DNA of 64,000 bases from an uncultured Gemmatimonadales bacterium (GTDB taxonomy: Bacteria; Gemmatimonadota; Gemmatimonadetes; Longimicrobiales; RSA9): NCBI GenBank assembly GCA_963708135.1, contig OY970192.1, positions 3,488,001-3,552,000 on the forward strand, read 5' to 3'. Below are positions 41,819 to 51,618 of this stretch, piece by piece (position 1 is the first letter of the stretch; every line of letters begins with the position of its first letter). Below the pieces are notes generated by a model. That model had not been told where the DNA came from and ran no database searches. It worked only from the letters and a program-made list of their open reading frames with translations. Both the position numbers and the translations under genes were made by a program.

Positions 41819-42550
41819 ATGTTCACGCACCTGATGTCGAGCAAGCCGCCGCAGGAGCGGAGGTCCGCCGCGGCGGCGACGGCGACGTCGCTGATCTTTC
41901 ACGGTCTTGCGATCGCGGGGCTGGTGTGGGCCACGATCGCGCTCCCGAAGCAGGCGGAGCAGGCGGCCGATCAGGTGACGCTGATCCGGATCGAGCCGGA
42001 GGCGCCGCCGCCTCCCCCGCCACCGCCACCCCCGCCGGAGACGAGGACGACGGCGCCACCGGCGAGCGTGAACGTGCCGAAGGGGTTCCTGACGTTGACG
42101 CCGCCGACGGTGGTTCCGCCCGACATCCCGCCGCCACAGGCCGGTCCGACGATCAACGCGGCGGACTTCACGGGTGAGGGTGTGGAAGGGGGGCGGGCGA
42201 ACGGGAAGCCGACGACGGTGTCGGCGGAAGACGTGACGGCGGCGCCGGTGTTCACGCCGTACACGGTAGCGCCGGAGCTGAGGAACCGGGCGGCGGTGCA
42301 GCAGGCGCTGGTGAAGAACTATCCGCCCCTGCTGCGGGATGCGGGGCTGGGCGGTACGACGCTGGTCTGGTTGTTGATCGACGAGCACGGGAAGGTGCTG
42401 AAGACGGTGGTGAAGCAGCCGAGCGTATACCGTCAGCTGGACGAGGCGGCCCTGCGGGTGGCCGACATGATGGTGTTCAGCCCGGGCATGAACCGGGACC
42501 AGAAGGTGAAGGTGTGGGTGGCGCTCCCGTTCAGTTTCACCACGAAGTAG
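41819..42550 (+). CDS. tonB: Energy transducer TonB family protein
   Basis: SLIFH TM motif, Pro-rich linker, YPP..TonB_C domain (start may be 41786). Confidence 0.88.
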   Translation: MFTHLMSSKPPQERRSAAAATATSLIFHGLAIAGLVWATIALPKQAEQAADQVTLIRIEPEAPPPPPPPPPPPETRTTAPPASVNVPKGFLTLTPPTVVPPDIPPPQAGPTINAADFTGEGVEGGRANGKPTTVSAEDVTAAPVFTPYTVAPELRNRAAVQQALVKNYPPLLRDAGLGGTTLVWLLIDEHGKVLKTVVKQPSVYRQLDEAALRVADMMVFSPGMNRDQKVKVWVALPFSFTTK

Positions 42551-42573
42551 GCGGCGGGCGCGGAGGGCATCGT

Positions 42574-42604
42574 GGGGGGCGGCGCGCTTCGCGCGCCGCC
42601 CCCC
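42574..42604. terminator. Hairpin between convergent genes
   Basis: GGGGGGCGGCGCGC-TTC-GCGCGCCGCCCCCC. Confidence 0.7.
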
Positions 42605-42643
42605 CTCGCGTTCAGGTGCGGGAGGCTGGTCGGGTCCCGTTCC

Positions 42644-43423
42644 TCAGCGGCGGCGCAGCTCGATGGCGCCGTTGACGGTCGACAGCCGGAGCTCGCGGCC
42701 GCCCTTGCCGATGGTGCCGCGCAGGCGGCGATGGCTGAGGCGGCCCTGGATGGTGAGCGGGAAGTCGGTGGAGATGTCGCCGTTCACGGTCTCGGCGCGG
42801 ACCTCGGTGCTGATGTCGGCCGGAAGCGTGAGGTGGATGGAGCCGTTGACGGTGGAGAACTCCATGCTGCCGGACCAGTCGGCGCGGCCGAGCGACGCGA
42901 TCACGGAGCCGTTCACGGTGCTGGCGGAGGCGAGCCCCGTCGTCTCCAGCCGAACCGCTCCGTTCACGGTATGGGCATCCGCGTCGGCGCGCAGTCCCGT
43001 GGCCTCGACGCCGCCGTTGACGGTGGTGGCATGGAGCTTCACGCCGGCGGGGACCTTCACGGTGAAGTCCACGGCGACGTCGTTGTCGCGCGTGCTGGAG
43101 CGTCCGTGGCCGCCGGGCAGGCACTCGTTCGGCTCCCGGCCGGAGGGCGTCGGGTAGAGGGCGCAGATGGTGACGCCGGCGTCGTAGGGGACGACCTTGA
43201 TCTGGACGGAGCCCGGGTCGCTGTGGCGCGCGTGCTTGACCGCGGTGACCTCGACCTCGTCGCCGGAGGCGGCCACGGCGCTGATGTCGCCGTTCACGCC
43301 CTTGATGTCGAGCGTCTGTCCGGCGGCGAGGTGGCCGTGCCAGCTGAATTCCCGGCCCTGCTGCGCGGCGGCGGTGGTGGTTCCCAGCGCGGCGAGCGTC
43401 AGGGCGATGGGCAGGACTCTCAT
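42644..43423 (-). CDS. DUF4097 beta-strand-repeat secreted protein
   Basis: Signal peptide and repeated TVNG motifs. Confidence 0.85.
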   Translation of the reverse strand: MRVLPIALTLAALGTTTAAAQQGREFSWHGHLAAGQTLDIKGVNGDISAVAASGDEVEVTAVKHARHSDPGSVQIKVVPYDAGVTICALYPTPSGREPNECLPGGHGRSSTRDNDVAVDFTVKVPAGVKLHATTVNGGVEATGLRADADAHTVNGAVRLETTGLASASTVNGSVIASLGRADWSGSMEFSTVNGSIHLTLPADISTEVRAETVNGDISTDFPLTIQGRLSHRRLRGTIGKGGRELRLSTVNGAIELRRR

Positions 43424-43449
43424 GATCGGATCCCTTGTCGGAGTGGGCA

Positions 43450-44310
43450 TCAGCGCTCGGCGCCGCCGCGCTTCAGCTCGATGTCGCCGCTGAACGACTC
43501 GAGCTCGAGGCGGGCGCTGCCGCTGCCGAGCGTGAAGGTGAACTGGCGGCCGCGCTGCCGGCTCCCGCTAAGCTGAACCGGGAACTCGGTGTCGAAGTCG
43601 CCGCTGAAGGTGGAGACGGAGACCGTCGCATCCGGCCGGTCGGGCAGGCGGAGCGTGAGGTCGCCACTGTGGCTGGTGAGCGAGTAGCGGCCGTCCCTTC
43701 GCATGCCGCCGCGGAAGTCGACATCGCCGCTCACCGTCGATGCCGTGACGCTGTTGGAGTCCACGCCGTCCAGGACGATGTCGCCGCTAATGGTCTCGGC
43801 GCGCACCTCGCCGACGATGTCGCTGAGGCGCACGTCATCGCTCACGCTGTGCGCCCCGATCCGGCCTCGCGCTCCGGACAGGGTAACGCTCCCCTGCACC
43901 GAGCGGAGGCCGATCACTCCGTTGCCGCCGCTCACGCGTATATCGCCGCCCACGCTTTCGACGCTGACGTCGGCGCCGGCGCCGGAGATGTCCACGTCGG
44001 TGTCGGTGCCGGAGAGGCGGATCCCCATGGTGGCGGGGATGGTGAGCTCGTAGTCGATGTCGCGCTCACCCCAGCGCCGGCTCTCCGGCTCGAGGCGGAC
44101 GGTGGAGCCGGCGCGGGCCACGTCGATGTGACCGGCGCCCTCGCCGGTCGCGTGCAGCTGGACGCGCGCCTGGTCCCAGGTGTGGATCACCACCCGGCCG
44201 GAGAGGTTCTCGATGGCGAGCGTGGCCTTCGGGTCCACGGCGAAGGTCGTGTCTGTCCGCTGTGGCAGTGGCGCGGCGGCAAGCGCCGCCGCGGCCAGGA
44301 TCGCGAGCAT
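43450..44310 (-). CDS. DUF4097 beta-strand-repeat secreted protein
   Basis: Signal peptide and repeated SxSGD motifs. Confidence 0.85.
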   Translation of the reverse strand: MLAILAAAALAAAPLPQRTDTTFAVDPKATLAIENLSGRVVIHTWDQARVQLHATGEGAGHIDVARAGSTVRLEPESRRWGERDIDYELTIPATMGIRLSGTDTDVDISGAGADVSVESVGGDIRVSGGNGVIGLRSVQGSVTLSGARGRIGAHSVSDDVRLSDIVGEVRAETISGDIVLDGVDSNSVTASTVSGDVDFRGGMRRDGRYSLTSHSGDLTLRLPDRPDATVSVSTFSGDFDTEFPVQLSGSRQRGRQFTFTLGSGSARLELESFSGDIELKRGGAER

Positions 44311-44322
44311 GATGGACTCCGC

Positions 44323-45051
44323 TCAGGATTGGGCGTCGATGATCCTCGACGCGACGCGCAGCAGCTCCACCTTCCGCCGCATGCTGTCCGCGAGGTGCTC
44401 GTTCAGGTACGTGTTGGCCGGATCGCGGGCGAGCGCCTGGCGCGCGTCCACGATGGCGGCGTCGATCACGGCCAGGTTGCGCTCCAGCGCCTGCACGGTC
44501 CCGGGCTGCAGCCGATCGCGGCCGCGCTCGAGCACCCGCTCCAGGCCCGCCACCGCCGCCTGGTACTGCCGGAGCTCGGGGGTCGTGGCCGCGAGCCGCG
44601 CGAGGGGAGCGGGCGGCTGCGCGCCGGGCAGCGCCGCGCCCGCCGGCCCTGCGGTCGCAGCCGCCGCGACCGGCGGAACAGCCGCCGCGCGCGATGCCAG
44701 CAGGTAGACCGAGCCGCCGCCCGCGAGCAGGAGCGCGAGCCCGGCGGCCGCGAGCTGGGGGAGCGTGAAGGCGAAGGTGCGGCCGCGGCGGGGGCGGAGC
44801 GGCACGACGTGGCCGGTGGGCGAAGCCGCCGGGGAGGGAGCCGCGATCCGGGCCTCGATGGCCGCCCAGAGCGCGCCGGGCGGCTCGGGGTCGGCCAGCG
44901 TGGCGGCCCTGCGCGCCACGGCGTGGAGCTCATCCAGCAGGGCGGTGCACTCCGGGCACTCCGCCAGGTGGCGCTCGATCGCGTCGCGCTCGTCGGGCGG
45001 GAGATCGCCGTCGAGGTACTCCGAAAGTCGGTCGGTCCAGTGGTCGCTCAT
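44323..45051 (-). CDS. zf-HC2 anti-sigma factor
   Basis: LSEYLDG..HLAECPEC (HxxxCxxC) and one TM. Confidence 0.9.
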   Translation of the reverse strand: MSDHWTDRLSEYLDGDLPPDERDAIERHLAECPECTALLDELHAVARRAATLADPEPPGALWAAIEARIAAPSPAASPTGHVVPLRPRRGRTFAFTLPQLAAAGLALLLAGGGSVYLLASRAAAVPPVAAAATAGPAGAALPGAQPPAPLARLAATTPELRQYQAAVAGLERVLERGRDRLQPGTVQALERNLAVIDAAIVDARQALARDPANTYLNEHLADSMRRKVELLRVASRIIDAQS

Positions 45052-45069
45052 CGCGTCCCGTTCCTTCGC

Positions 45070-45624
45070 TCAATCGAGATGGGCACGCAGCAGCATGCGC
45101 GCCCGGTGCAGCTGGGACTTCGAGGTGCCGGCGCTGACCCCGAGCATGCCGGCGATCTCCTCGTGCTTGTAGCCCTCCACATCGTGGAGGACGAAGACCT
45201 CGCGCGCCCCGTCGGGCAGGCGCTCGAGGGCGGCCTCGAAGGCGACGCGCAACGCCGGCGTCTCGCGCGCCGCGGGCGTCGCGTGCAGCGCGCGCTCGTC
45301 CTCGCTCAGCCGGGCGCGGCGCCGGGCCAGCTCCCCCCGGCGGCCGAGGATCACGTTGACGGCCAGGCGGTAGAGCCAGGTGCCGAACGCCGCGTCGCCG
45401 CGGAAGGTCGAGACCTTCTCCCACGCGCGGACGAAGGCGTCCTGCGTGACCTCTTCCGCATGGTCGGGCCCGAGCATGCGGCGGGCGAGCGCGTGGATGC
45501 GCGGGGCATGGCGGCGGTAGAGCCGCTCGAAGGCACGCGTGTCGCCCGCGCCGGCCAGCGCGGCATCCGCGGCATCATCCGCCGCGGCCGTTCCTCGAGG
45601 TAGCGTCCCTGTCAGTGTCTTCAC
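45070..45624 (-). CDS. ECF RNA polymerase sigma factor
   Basis: AFERLYRRH, QDAFVRAW, TWLYRLAVN, HEEIA..GTSKSQLHRAR; start approximate. Confidence 0.93.
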   Translation of the reverse strand: MKTLTGTLPRGTAAADDAADAALAGAGDTRAFERLYRRHAPRIHALARRMLGPDHAEEVTQDAFVRAWEKVSTFRGDAAFGTWLYRLAVNVILGRRGELARRRARLSEDERALHATPAARETPALRVAFEAALERLPDGAREVFVLHDVEGYKHEEIAGMLGVSAGTSKSQLHRARMLLRAHLD

Positions 45625-45700
45625 CCGTTCATCCGCGCACCCTGTCCGACCTATTCGATGGGGCGCGAAGCGGAAAGGTTGGAAGGCGGTCCGGCCGGGG

Positions 45701-47293
45701 CTAGAACCCGGCGGCCTCCCCGTCCTTGCGGGGGTCGGAAGCGGCGGCATACCCGCGAGGCAGCCGGAGGATCGCCTGGGCGCCGCCGAAGGCGACGGCG
45801 CGCTCGTCCACGATCTCGTGGCCGCGCGCGGCGAGCGCTGCGCGGACGTGCGCGCCCACGCCCGGCTCCAGGGCGACCCGGCGCCCCTCGAGGTGCCGGA
45901 AGCGGGCGGCATCCACTGCGGCCTGGAGGTCCATCTCGAAGAGCAGCAGATCCAGCAGCACCTGCACCTGCCCCTGCGGCTGCATCGAGCCGCCCATCAC
46001 GCCGAAGGAGAGCCACGGCGCCTCGACCCCGTCGGGCCCCGGCCTCGTCGCGAACGCAGGGATGATGGTGTGGAACGGCCGCTTCCCGGGCGCCACGGTG
46101 TTGGGAAGGCCCGGCTGGAGCGTGAAACCGGCACCGCGATCCTGGAGCGCGAACCCGGTGCCGGGCACCACGATTCCGGAGCCGAACTCGTGATAGTTGC
46201 TGTTGATGAAGGAGACCATGGTGCCCTCGCCGTCCGCGGTGGTGAGGTAGACCGTCTCGCTCTCCTCCGCCGCCGGACCTGGCGGCGGCCGGTCGGCCGC
46301 GCGCTCGGGGTCGATGCGGCCGCGGCGCTCCTGGATGAACGCGTCGGACAGGAGATGCTCCACCGACACATCCATTGCGGACCGGTCCGCCACGTAGCGC
46401 TCCAGGTCGGCGAAGGCGAGCTTCTTGGCCTCGATGAGCGTGTGCAGGTACGCGGCGGTGCCGTGGCCCATGGCGGCCAGGTCGATCAACTCGAGCATGC
46501 GGAGCATCTCGAGCGCCGCGATCCCCTGCCCCGCGGGCGGGAGCTCCCACACGCGTACCCCGTGGAACGGGACGGAGACGGGCGCCACCCAGGCGGGGCG
46601 GCTCTCCTCGAGGTCGCCGCGCGATAGAAATCCGCCGAGCGCCGCCACCCGCTCCACGATGCGCCGGCCGAGAGCGCCGCCGTAGAGCACGGCCGGCCCC
46701 TCCGACGCGACCGCGCGCAGCGTCGCGGCGTAGTCGGCGTTCCGGAACCGCTCGCCCGCGGCAGGCGGGCGCGCTCCGCCGATGAGGAAGGTCTCGCGAG
46801 CGCCGGCGTCGGCGCGGAGGATCGGCGCCGCGGCCGCCCACTCCCGGGCGACCACCGGCGTGACCTCGAACCCGTCCTCGGCCGTGGCGATGGCCGGCTC
46901 CAGCGCCCGCGCGAGCGTGAAGGTGCCGTGGCGCTCGAGCAGGGCGGCCCATCCCGCCAGCGCGCCTGGTACCGTCACGGCCTCGATGCTGCGGGCCGGC
47001 ACCGTCCGGCAGCCGCGCGCGAGCAGCGCGTCCCTCGTCATACTCGCGCCCGCCCGCCCGCTCGCATCGAGGCCCACCAGCCGCCCCTGGGGAGCGCTCC
47101 ACAGGAGCGCGAACATGTCCCCGCCGATGCCGCTCATGTGCGGCTCGACAACCGAGAGGACGGCGGCGGCGCTCACGGCGGCATCCACGGCGTTGCCGCC
47201 CTGGCGGAGCACATCCAGGGCGGTGGCGGTGGCGAGCGGCTGGCTGGTGGCGGCAGCGGCGCTCGAAGCGTATACCGTGGCTCGTTCGGTCAT
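45701..47293 (-). CDS. ggt: Gamma-glutamyltransferase family protein
   Basis: GGNAVDAA, GIGGD, ETVYL (nucleophile Thr), GVMGG..QPQG, DPRKDG. Confidence 0.93.
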   Translation of the reverse strand: MTERATVYASSAAAATSQPLATATALDVLRQGGNAVDAAVSAAAVLSVVEPHMSGIGGDMFALLWSAPQGRLVGLDASGRAGASMTRDALLARGCRTVPARSIEAVTVPGALAGWAALLERHGTFTLARALEPAIATAEDGFEVTPVVAREWAAAAPILRADAGARETFLIGGARPPAAGERFRNADYAATLRAVASEGPAVLYGGALGRRIVERVAALGGFLSRGDLEESRPAWVAPVSVPFHGVRVWELPPAGQGIAALEMLRMLELIDLAAMGHGTAAYLHTLIEAKKLAFADLERYVADRSAMDVSVEHLLSDAFIQERRGRIDPERAADRPPPGPAAEESETVYLTTADGEGTMVSFINSNYHEFGSGIVVPGTGFALQDRGAGFTLQPGLPNTVAPGKRPFHTIIPAFATRPGPDGVEAPWLSFGVMGGSMQPQGQVQVLLDLLLFEMDLQAAVDAARFRHLEGRRVALEPGVGAHVRAALAARGHEIVDERAVAFGGAQAILRLPRGYAAASDPRKDGEAAGF

Positions 47294-47447
47294 GGTCGCG
47301 GGCCTAATGAATGCTCGCGCGGCGGGCGGGGCAAGGAGGACGGAGGCGCGGAGGCGCGGCGCGAGCGCGCCGCAGCGCGAGCGGGGCGCCGCGCGAGGGG
47401 TTACGGCCGAGCGAAAACCATCAACCCTGGACGGAGAGGTCGGAGCG

Positions 47448-48335
47448 ATGAGGATCGGATTCGCGGGACTCGGCAGCATGGGCGCCCCGATGGCGCTGAA
47501 CCTCGCGCGGGCCGGGCACTCCGTGGCGGCCTACAACCGCACGAGGGAGAAGGCGGAGGCGCTACGCGCGGAGGCGCCGGATCGGATCCGGGTGGCCGAG
47601 GGCGCGGCCGACGCGGCATCGGATGCCGAGGTGTTCGTGACCATGCTCGCGGACGATGCCGCCGTCGAGGCGGTCGTGCTCGGCGAGGAGGGGGTGCTCG
47701 CCGGGCTCGCCGGGAACGCGGTGCACGCATGCGCGAGCACGATCAGCGCCGGCCTCGCCCGGCGCCTGTCCCAGGCGCACGAGGCGGCAGGCCGGAGCTA
47801 CGTGGCGGCTCCCGTGTTCGGACGCCCCGAGGCGGCGGCGGGCGCCCGGCTCTGGGTGGTGGCGGCGGGCCGGAGCGCGGACATCGAGCGCTGCCGGCCG
47901 GTGTTCGAGGCGGTCGGGCAGGGCACGCACGTCGTGGGAGAGTCCCCCGAGCGCGCCAACGTCGTGAAGCTGGCGGGGAATTTCCTGATCATGGCCATGC
48001 TCGAAGGACTCGCGGAAGCGTTCGCGCTGGTGCGCAAGTCCGGGATGGAGGCCGACGCATTCCTCGCCCTGGTGAACGGCTCGCTGTTCAAGTCGCCGAT
48101 CTACGACAGCTACGGCGGCGCCATCGCTCGGGAGCAGTGGACGCCGCCGGGGTTCAAGCTGCGTCTCGGGCTGAAGGACGCGCGGCTGGCGCTCGCGGCG
48201 GCGGAGGGGCTCGAGGCGCCCCTCCCCCTCGCCAGCCTCGTTCACGACCGGTTCCTCGCGCTCGTCGCCCGTGGCCGTGGAGACCTGGACTGGGCGGCGC
48301 TCGCACTCGCCTCGAGCGAGGCGGCCGGGCTGTGA
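47448..48335 (+). CDS. NAD(P)-dependent oxidoreductase (3-hydroxyisobutyrate dehydrogenase family)
   Basis: GLGSMG, YNRT, APVFG, KLAGN, LGLKD. Confidence 0.9.
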   Translation: MRIGFAGLGSMGAPMALNLARAGHSVAAYNRTREKAEALRAEAPDRIRVAEGAADAASDAEVFVTMLADDAAVEAVVLGEEGVLAGLAGNAVHACASTISAGLARRLSQAHEAAGRSYVAAPVFGRPEAAAGARLWVVAAGRSADIERCRPVFEAVGQGTHVVGESPERANVVKLAGNFLIMAMLEGLAEAFALVRKSGMEADAFLALVNGSLFKSPIYDSYGGAIAREQWTPPGFKLRLGLKDARLALAAAEGLEAPLPLASLVHDRFLALVARGRGDLDWAALALASSEAAGL

Positions 48336-48343
48336 CGGCCGCC

Positions 48344-48493
48344 TCAGATGCGTCCGAGCAGCAGCAGGATGATCACGATGACGAGGATCAGTCCCAGGAT
48401 GCCGCTGGGGAAGTAGCCCCAGCCCCGGCTGTAGGGCCAGGTGGGGACGGCCAGCACCAGCAGCACCACGATTATGATGACGAGCAGCCACAT
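48344..48493 (-). CDS. DUF3309-family small membrane protein (49 aa, not in the ORF track)
   Basis: MWLLVIIIVVLLVLAVPTWPYSRGWGYFPSGILGLILVIVIILLLLGRI; PTWPYSRGWGY.PSG is the family signature. Confidence 0.9.
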   Translation of the reverse strand: MWLLVIIIVVLLVLAVPTWPYSRGWGYFPSGILGLILVIVIILLLLGRI

Positions 48494-48575
48494 GGGTTCT
48501 CGCTCCGTTCCGGGGTTGCGCGCACCTGCCCAGCGTCAGGCACCACGGCCACCGCGGCCGGGCGCGGTCGGAGGG

Positions 48576-48591
48576 GCAGGAACTGTGCCGG
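48576..48591 (-). promoter_or_regulatory. Putative sigma54 promoter of the DUF3309 gene
   Basis: CCGGCACA-GTTC-CTGC. Confidence 0.55.
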
Positions 48592-48612
48592 AAATACCTG
48601 TGCAGCAGAGGC

Positions 48613-49572
48613 TTACGGAAGCTCGGATTGCGCGGCGGGGACATCGTCGCCGTGGCGCGGCGGCTCCGGCGGCCAGAGGCGGGAGGCGAGGATGGAGAGG
48701 AGCAACACGCCTACGACGATCCCGAGCGCCAGCGTGATCGGGATATGCCAGAACGCGGCGATGAGCATCTTCACCCCGATGAAGACCAGAACGACGGCCA
48801 GGCCATACTTCAGGAAGTGGAAGAGCTCGATGATGTTGGCGAGCGCGAAATAGAGGGAGCGCAGGCCCAGGATGGCGAAGACGTTGGACGTGTAGACGAT
48901 GAACGGATCGGTCGTGACGCCGAAGATCGCGGGGATCGAGTCAACGGCGAAGATGAGGTCGCTGACCTCGATCACGAGGAGCACGATGAAGAGCCGGGTG
49001 GCGAGGGTGCGCCCCTCGGCGCGGATGAAGAAGCGGTCACCGGCGTAGCCGGGCTCGACCGGCAGCAGGCGGCGGAAGAGACGGACGACGGGATTGGACT
49101 CCGGCCGCATCTCGGTCTCGGGCGTGAAGAGCATGCGCAGCCCGGTGAGCACCAGGAAGCCGCCGAAGACATAGAGGACCCAGGAGAAGCGGTGGATGAG
49201 CGCGGCGCCGAGCCCGATCATCACGCCGCGCATGAGGAGCGCGCCCAGGATGCCCCAGAACAGGATCTTGTGCTGGTAGCGCGCCGGCACGGCGAAGTAG
49301 CCGAACAGCACCGCGAAAACGAACAGGTTGTCGACGCTGAGCGACTTCTCGATCAGGTAGCCGGTGAGGAAGGCCAGGGCGGGACCGCGGCCGGCGAAGA
49401 CGTAGATGCCCACATCGAACAGCAGGGAGATCGCGATCCACGCGACGCTCCATCCCAGCGCCTCCCGCATTCCGATCGCGTGCGCCCGCCTGTGGAACAC
49501 GCCCAGGTCCAGCGCGAGCATCGCGAGAATGAACGCGTTGAAGGCGATCCAGTACCAGAGGCTCGTCGTCAT
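48613..49572 (-). CDS. TerC/Alx family membrane protein
   Basis: EKSLSVDNLFVF, DLIFAVDSIPA, SNVFAILGLRSLYF. Confidence 0.95.
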   Translation of the reverse strand: MTTSLWYWIAFNAFILAMLALDLGVFHRRAHAIGMREALGWSVAWIAISLLFDVGIYVFAGRGPALAFLTGYLIEKSLSVDNLFVFAVLFGYFAVPARYQHKILFWGILGALLMRGVMIGLGAALIHRFSWVLYVFGGFLVLTGLRMLFTPETEMRPESNPVVRLFRRLLPVEPGYAGDRFFIRAEGRTLATRLFIVLLVIEVSDLIFAVDSIPAIFGVTTDPFIVYTSNVFAILGLRSLYFALANIIELFHFLKYGLAVVLVFIGVKMLIAAFWHIPITLALGIVVGVLLLSILASRLWPPEPPRHGDDVPAAQSELP

Positions 49573-49589
49573 CCCCTCACGGCCCGCCC

Positions 49590-49632
49590 GGAAAGAAACA
49601 ACCCCCGGGGTCGCTTCGGTCGCGCCGGGGGT
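49590..49632 (-). terminator. Intrinsic terminator-like hairpin between SDR and terC
   Basis: ACCCCCGG...CCGGGGGT followed by TGTTTCTTT on the minus strand. Confidence 0.7.
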
Positions 49633-49704
49633 CTCGCGCAGGACGAACTCTGGCCGGCAGCCCGCCCCACGTCAAGGGGAGGCCGCCACGGGCCCGCTCC
49701 GCCA

Positions 49705-50586
49705 TCAGAGCCGCGCCAGCTTGCGCGCCACCAGCCGATCCCGCCACGACGTCGGAAGCATCCGCAGCAGCAGCCGGCGGCGCGCAACACCCACCACGTA
49801 GCGCGCCCGCGGGTGCGCCGCCTCGAGCGCGCGCTCCACCACCTGCGCCACCACCTCCGGCGCCAGGCCCTCCCGCGGCGCAGCAGCCGCGCGCCGCCGC
49901 GCCGCCTCCACCAGCGGGCCGTACAGGTCGAACGCCCTCGCCGGAAACGTCTCCGCCAGCCGGTCCGCCCGCGCCCTCGACGTCTCCCAGATCGGCGTCG
50001 CGACCATCCCCGGCTCCACTAGCACCACCTTCACGCCCGAGCTCCAGAGCTCCAGCCGGAGCGCATCCGCCAGCGCCTCGAGCGCGTACTTCGACGCCGC
50101 GTACGCTCCCGTCATCGGCAGCGCCACCCGGCCCGACACCGAGCTCATGAAGATGATCCGCCCGTGCGCCTCGCGCAGCAGCGGCAGAAAACGCTGCGTC
50201 ACCGCCAGCTGGCCCACCACGTTCACGTCCAGTTGCGCCCGCAGATCATCCGGCGGCACGAACTCCAGCGGACCGGCGACGGCGATCCCCGCGTTGTTCA
50301 CGAGCCCGTACAGCCGCGTCCCGCCCAGACCCGCCTCCAGGGCCGCCCCCGCCTCCGAGATCGACGCCGGGTCAGTCACGTCCAGCCGCAGGCAGCGGAG
50401 CCCGGGCGAGTCTGACACCAGCCGCTCGCCCGCGGCGGGATCGCGGACGCCCGCGAACACCCGGTAGCCGGCGGCCTGGAGCCGCAGCGCGCACGCCCGG
50501 CCGATCCCGCTCGAAGCGCCGGTGACGAGCACGGCTCCGGGTTCGTCCGCAGCGGCCGCGCGCGGTTGGGATTCGGTGTTCCGCAT
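49705..50586 (-). CDS. SDR family oxidoreductase
   Basis: TGASSGIG, NNAG, YAASK. Confidence 0.93.
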   Translation of the reverse strand: MRNTESQPRAAAADEPGAVLVTGASSGIGRACALRLQAAGYRVFAGVRDPAAGERLVSDSPGLRCLRLDVTDPASISEAGAALEAGLGGTRLYGLVNNAGIAVAGPLEFVPPDDLRAQLDVNVVGQLAVTQRFLPLLREAHGRIIFMSSVSGRVALPMTGAYAASKYALEALADALRLELWSSGVKVVLVEPGMVATPIWETSRARADRLAETFPARAFDLYGPLVEAARRRAAAAPREGLAPEVVAQVVERALEAAHPRARYVVGVARRRLLLRMLPTSWRDRLVARKLARL

Positions 50587-50679
50587 GAGGCGTCCTCCTG
50601 CCTTGCATCGGTGATGCATTGATCTAGCCGCCGCATCGCGGTGCGACCAGGGGCTTGCGGCGCTCGAAGCGTCGTGATA

Positions 50680-50695
50680 CCTATCGTACGATAGG
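50680..50695. promoter_or_regulatory. Perfect 16-bp palindrome, probable PadR operator
   Basis: CCTATCGTACGATAGG between divergent SDR and PadR genes. Confidence 0.65.
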
Positions 50696-50744
50696 ATGTA
50701 AGATACGTCGGCCGCCTGGAGCGGCCCCGGCTGGAGGACGGAGC

Positions 50745-51269
50745 ATGAGAGGAAGGCATCGCGGCGGCTGGGCATGGCCGGGGTTCGGGCCCGGCGCGGG
50801 ACGAGGCAGCTTCTTTCAGGGGGGCGAAGTGCGGCTGGCGCTGCTGTCGCTGTTGTCGGACGGGCCGGCGCACGGCTACGAGCTGATGAAGAAGCTGGAG
50901 GCGCGCTCGGGCGGGGTGTACCGTGCGAGCGCGGGCACGGTGTATCCGGTGCTGCAGCAGCTCGAGGATGAGGGCCTGGCGGCGGTGGAGACGCAGGAGG
51001 GGAAGAAGGTCTACCGGATCACGGATACGGGGCGGGAGGAGCTCGGGCGGGAATCGGAGACGGTGGATCGGATCTGGCGGAGGGCGGAGCGGTGGGGGGA
51101 GTGGGGGAGCTGGATGGTGCCGGAGACGGCGGAGATTGCGGGCGCGGTGGGGCGGCTGGTGAAGTCGGCATTTCGCGCGGCGAGCCGGCTGGATGGGGAG
51201 GGTGTGGAGCGGGTGCGCGAAGTGCTGGACAAGGCGCGGCGGGAGCTGGATGGGCTGGGGCAAAGCTGA
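50745..51269 (+). CDS. PadR-family transcriptional regulator
   Basis: [30 protein letters not shown]. Confidence 0.93.
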   Translation: MRGRHRGGWAWPGFGPGAGRGSFFQGGEVRLALLSLLSDGPAHGYELMKKLEARSGGVYRASAGTVYPVLQQLEDEGLAAVETQEGKKVYRITDTGREELGRESETVDRIWRRAERWGEWGSWMVPETAEIAGAVGRLVKSAFRAASRLDGEGVERVREVLDKARRELDGLGQS

Positions 51270-51277
51270 GGGTCCTG

Positions 51278-51293
51278 TGGAACGGGACGTGCA
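51278..51293 (+). promoter_or_regulatory. Putative sigma54 promoter of the csp gene
   Basis: TGGAACG-GGAC-GTGCA. Confidence 0.55.
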
Positions 51294-51345
51294 GCGGCTC
51301 GAGGCGCGCGGCGCGCGTACATCCACTCCAGGAGGCGGTCCTCCA

Positions 51346-51618
51346 ATGGCTCACACGACAGGGACGGTGAAGTGGTTCTCGCAGGACAAGGGGTACGGAT
51401 TCCTGCACCAGGAGAACGGCCCCGACGTATTCGTGCATCATACCGCGATCCAGGGAACCGGGTTCCGGACCCTGCAGGAAGGTGAGCGGGTTGAGTTCGA
51501 CGTGGTGGAGGAACCGAAGGGTCTAAAGGCGCAGAACGTGGTCCGTCTCGATGCGCCGGCGGCCGGTGCGGGGCAGCGGCCGGGCGGGGCGGGCATGGGC
51601 CGGCGGCCGGCGCCGTAG
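51346..51618 (+). CDS. Cold-shock domain protein with Gly/Pro/Arg tail
   Basis: GTVKWF, KGYGF (RNP1), VFVH (RNP2); RBS AGGAGG. Confidence 0.95.
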   Translation: MAHTTGTVKWFSQDKGYGFLHQENGPDVFVHHTAIQGTGFRTLQEGERVEFDVVEEPKGLKAQNVVRLDAPAAGAGQRPGGAGMGRRPAP

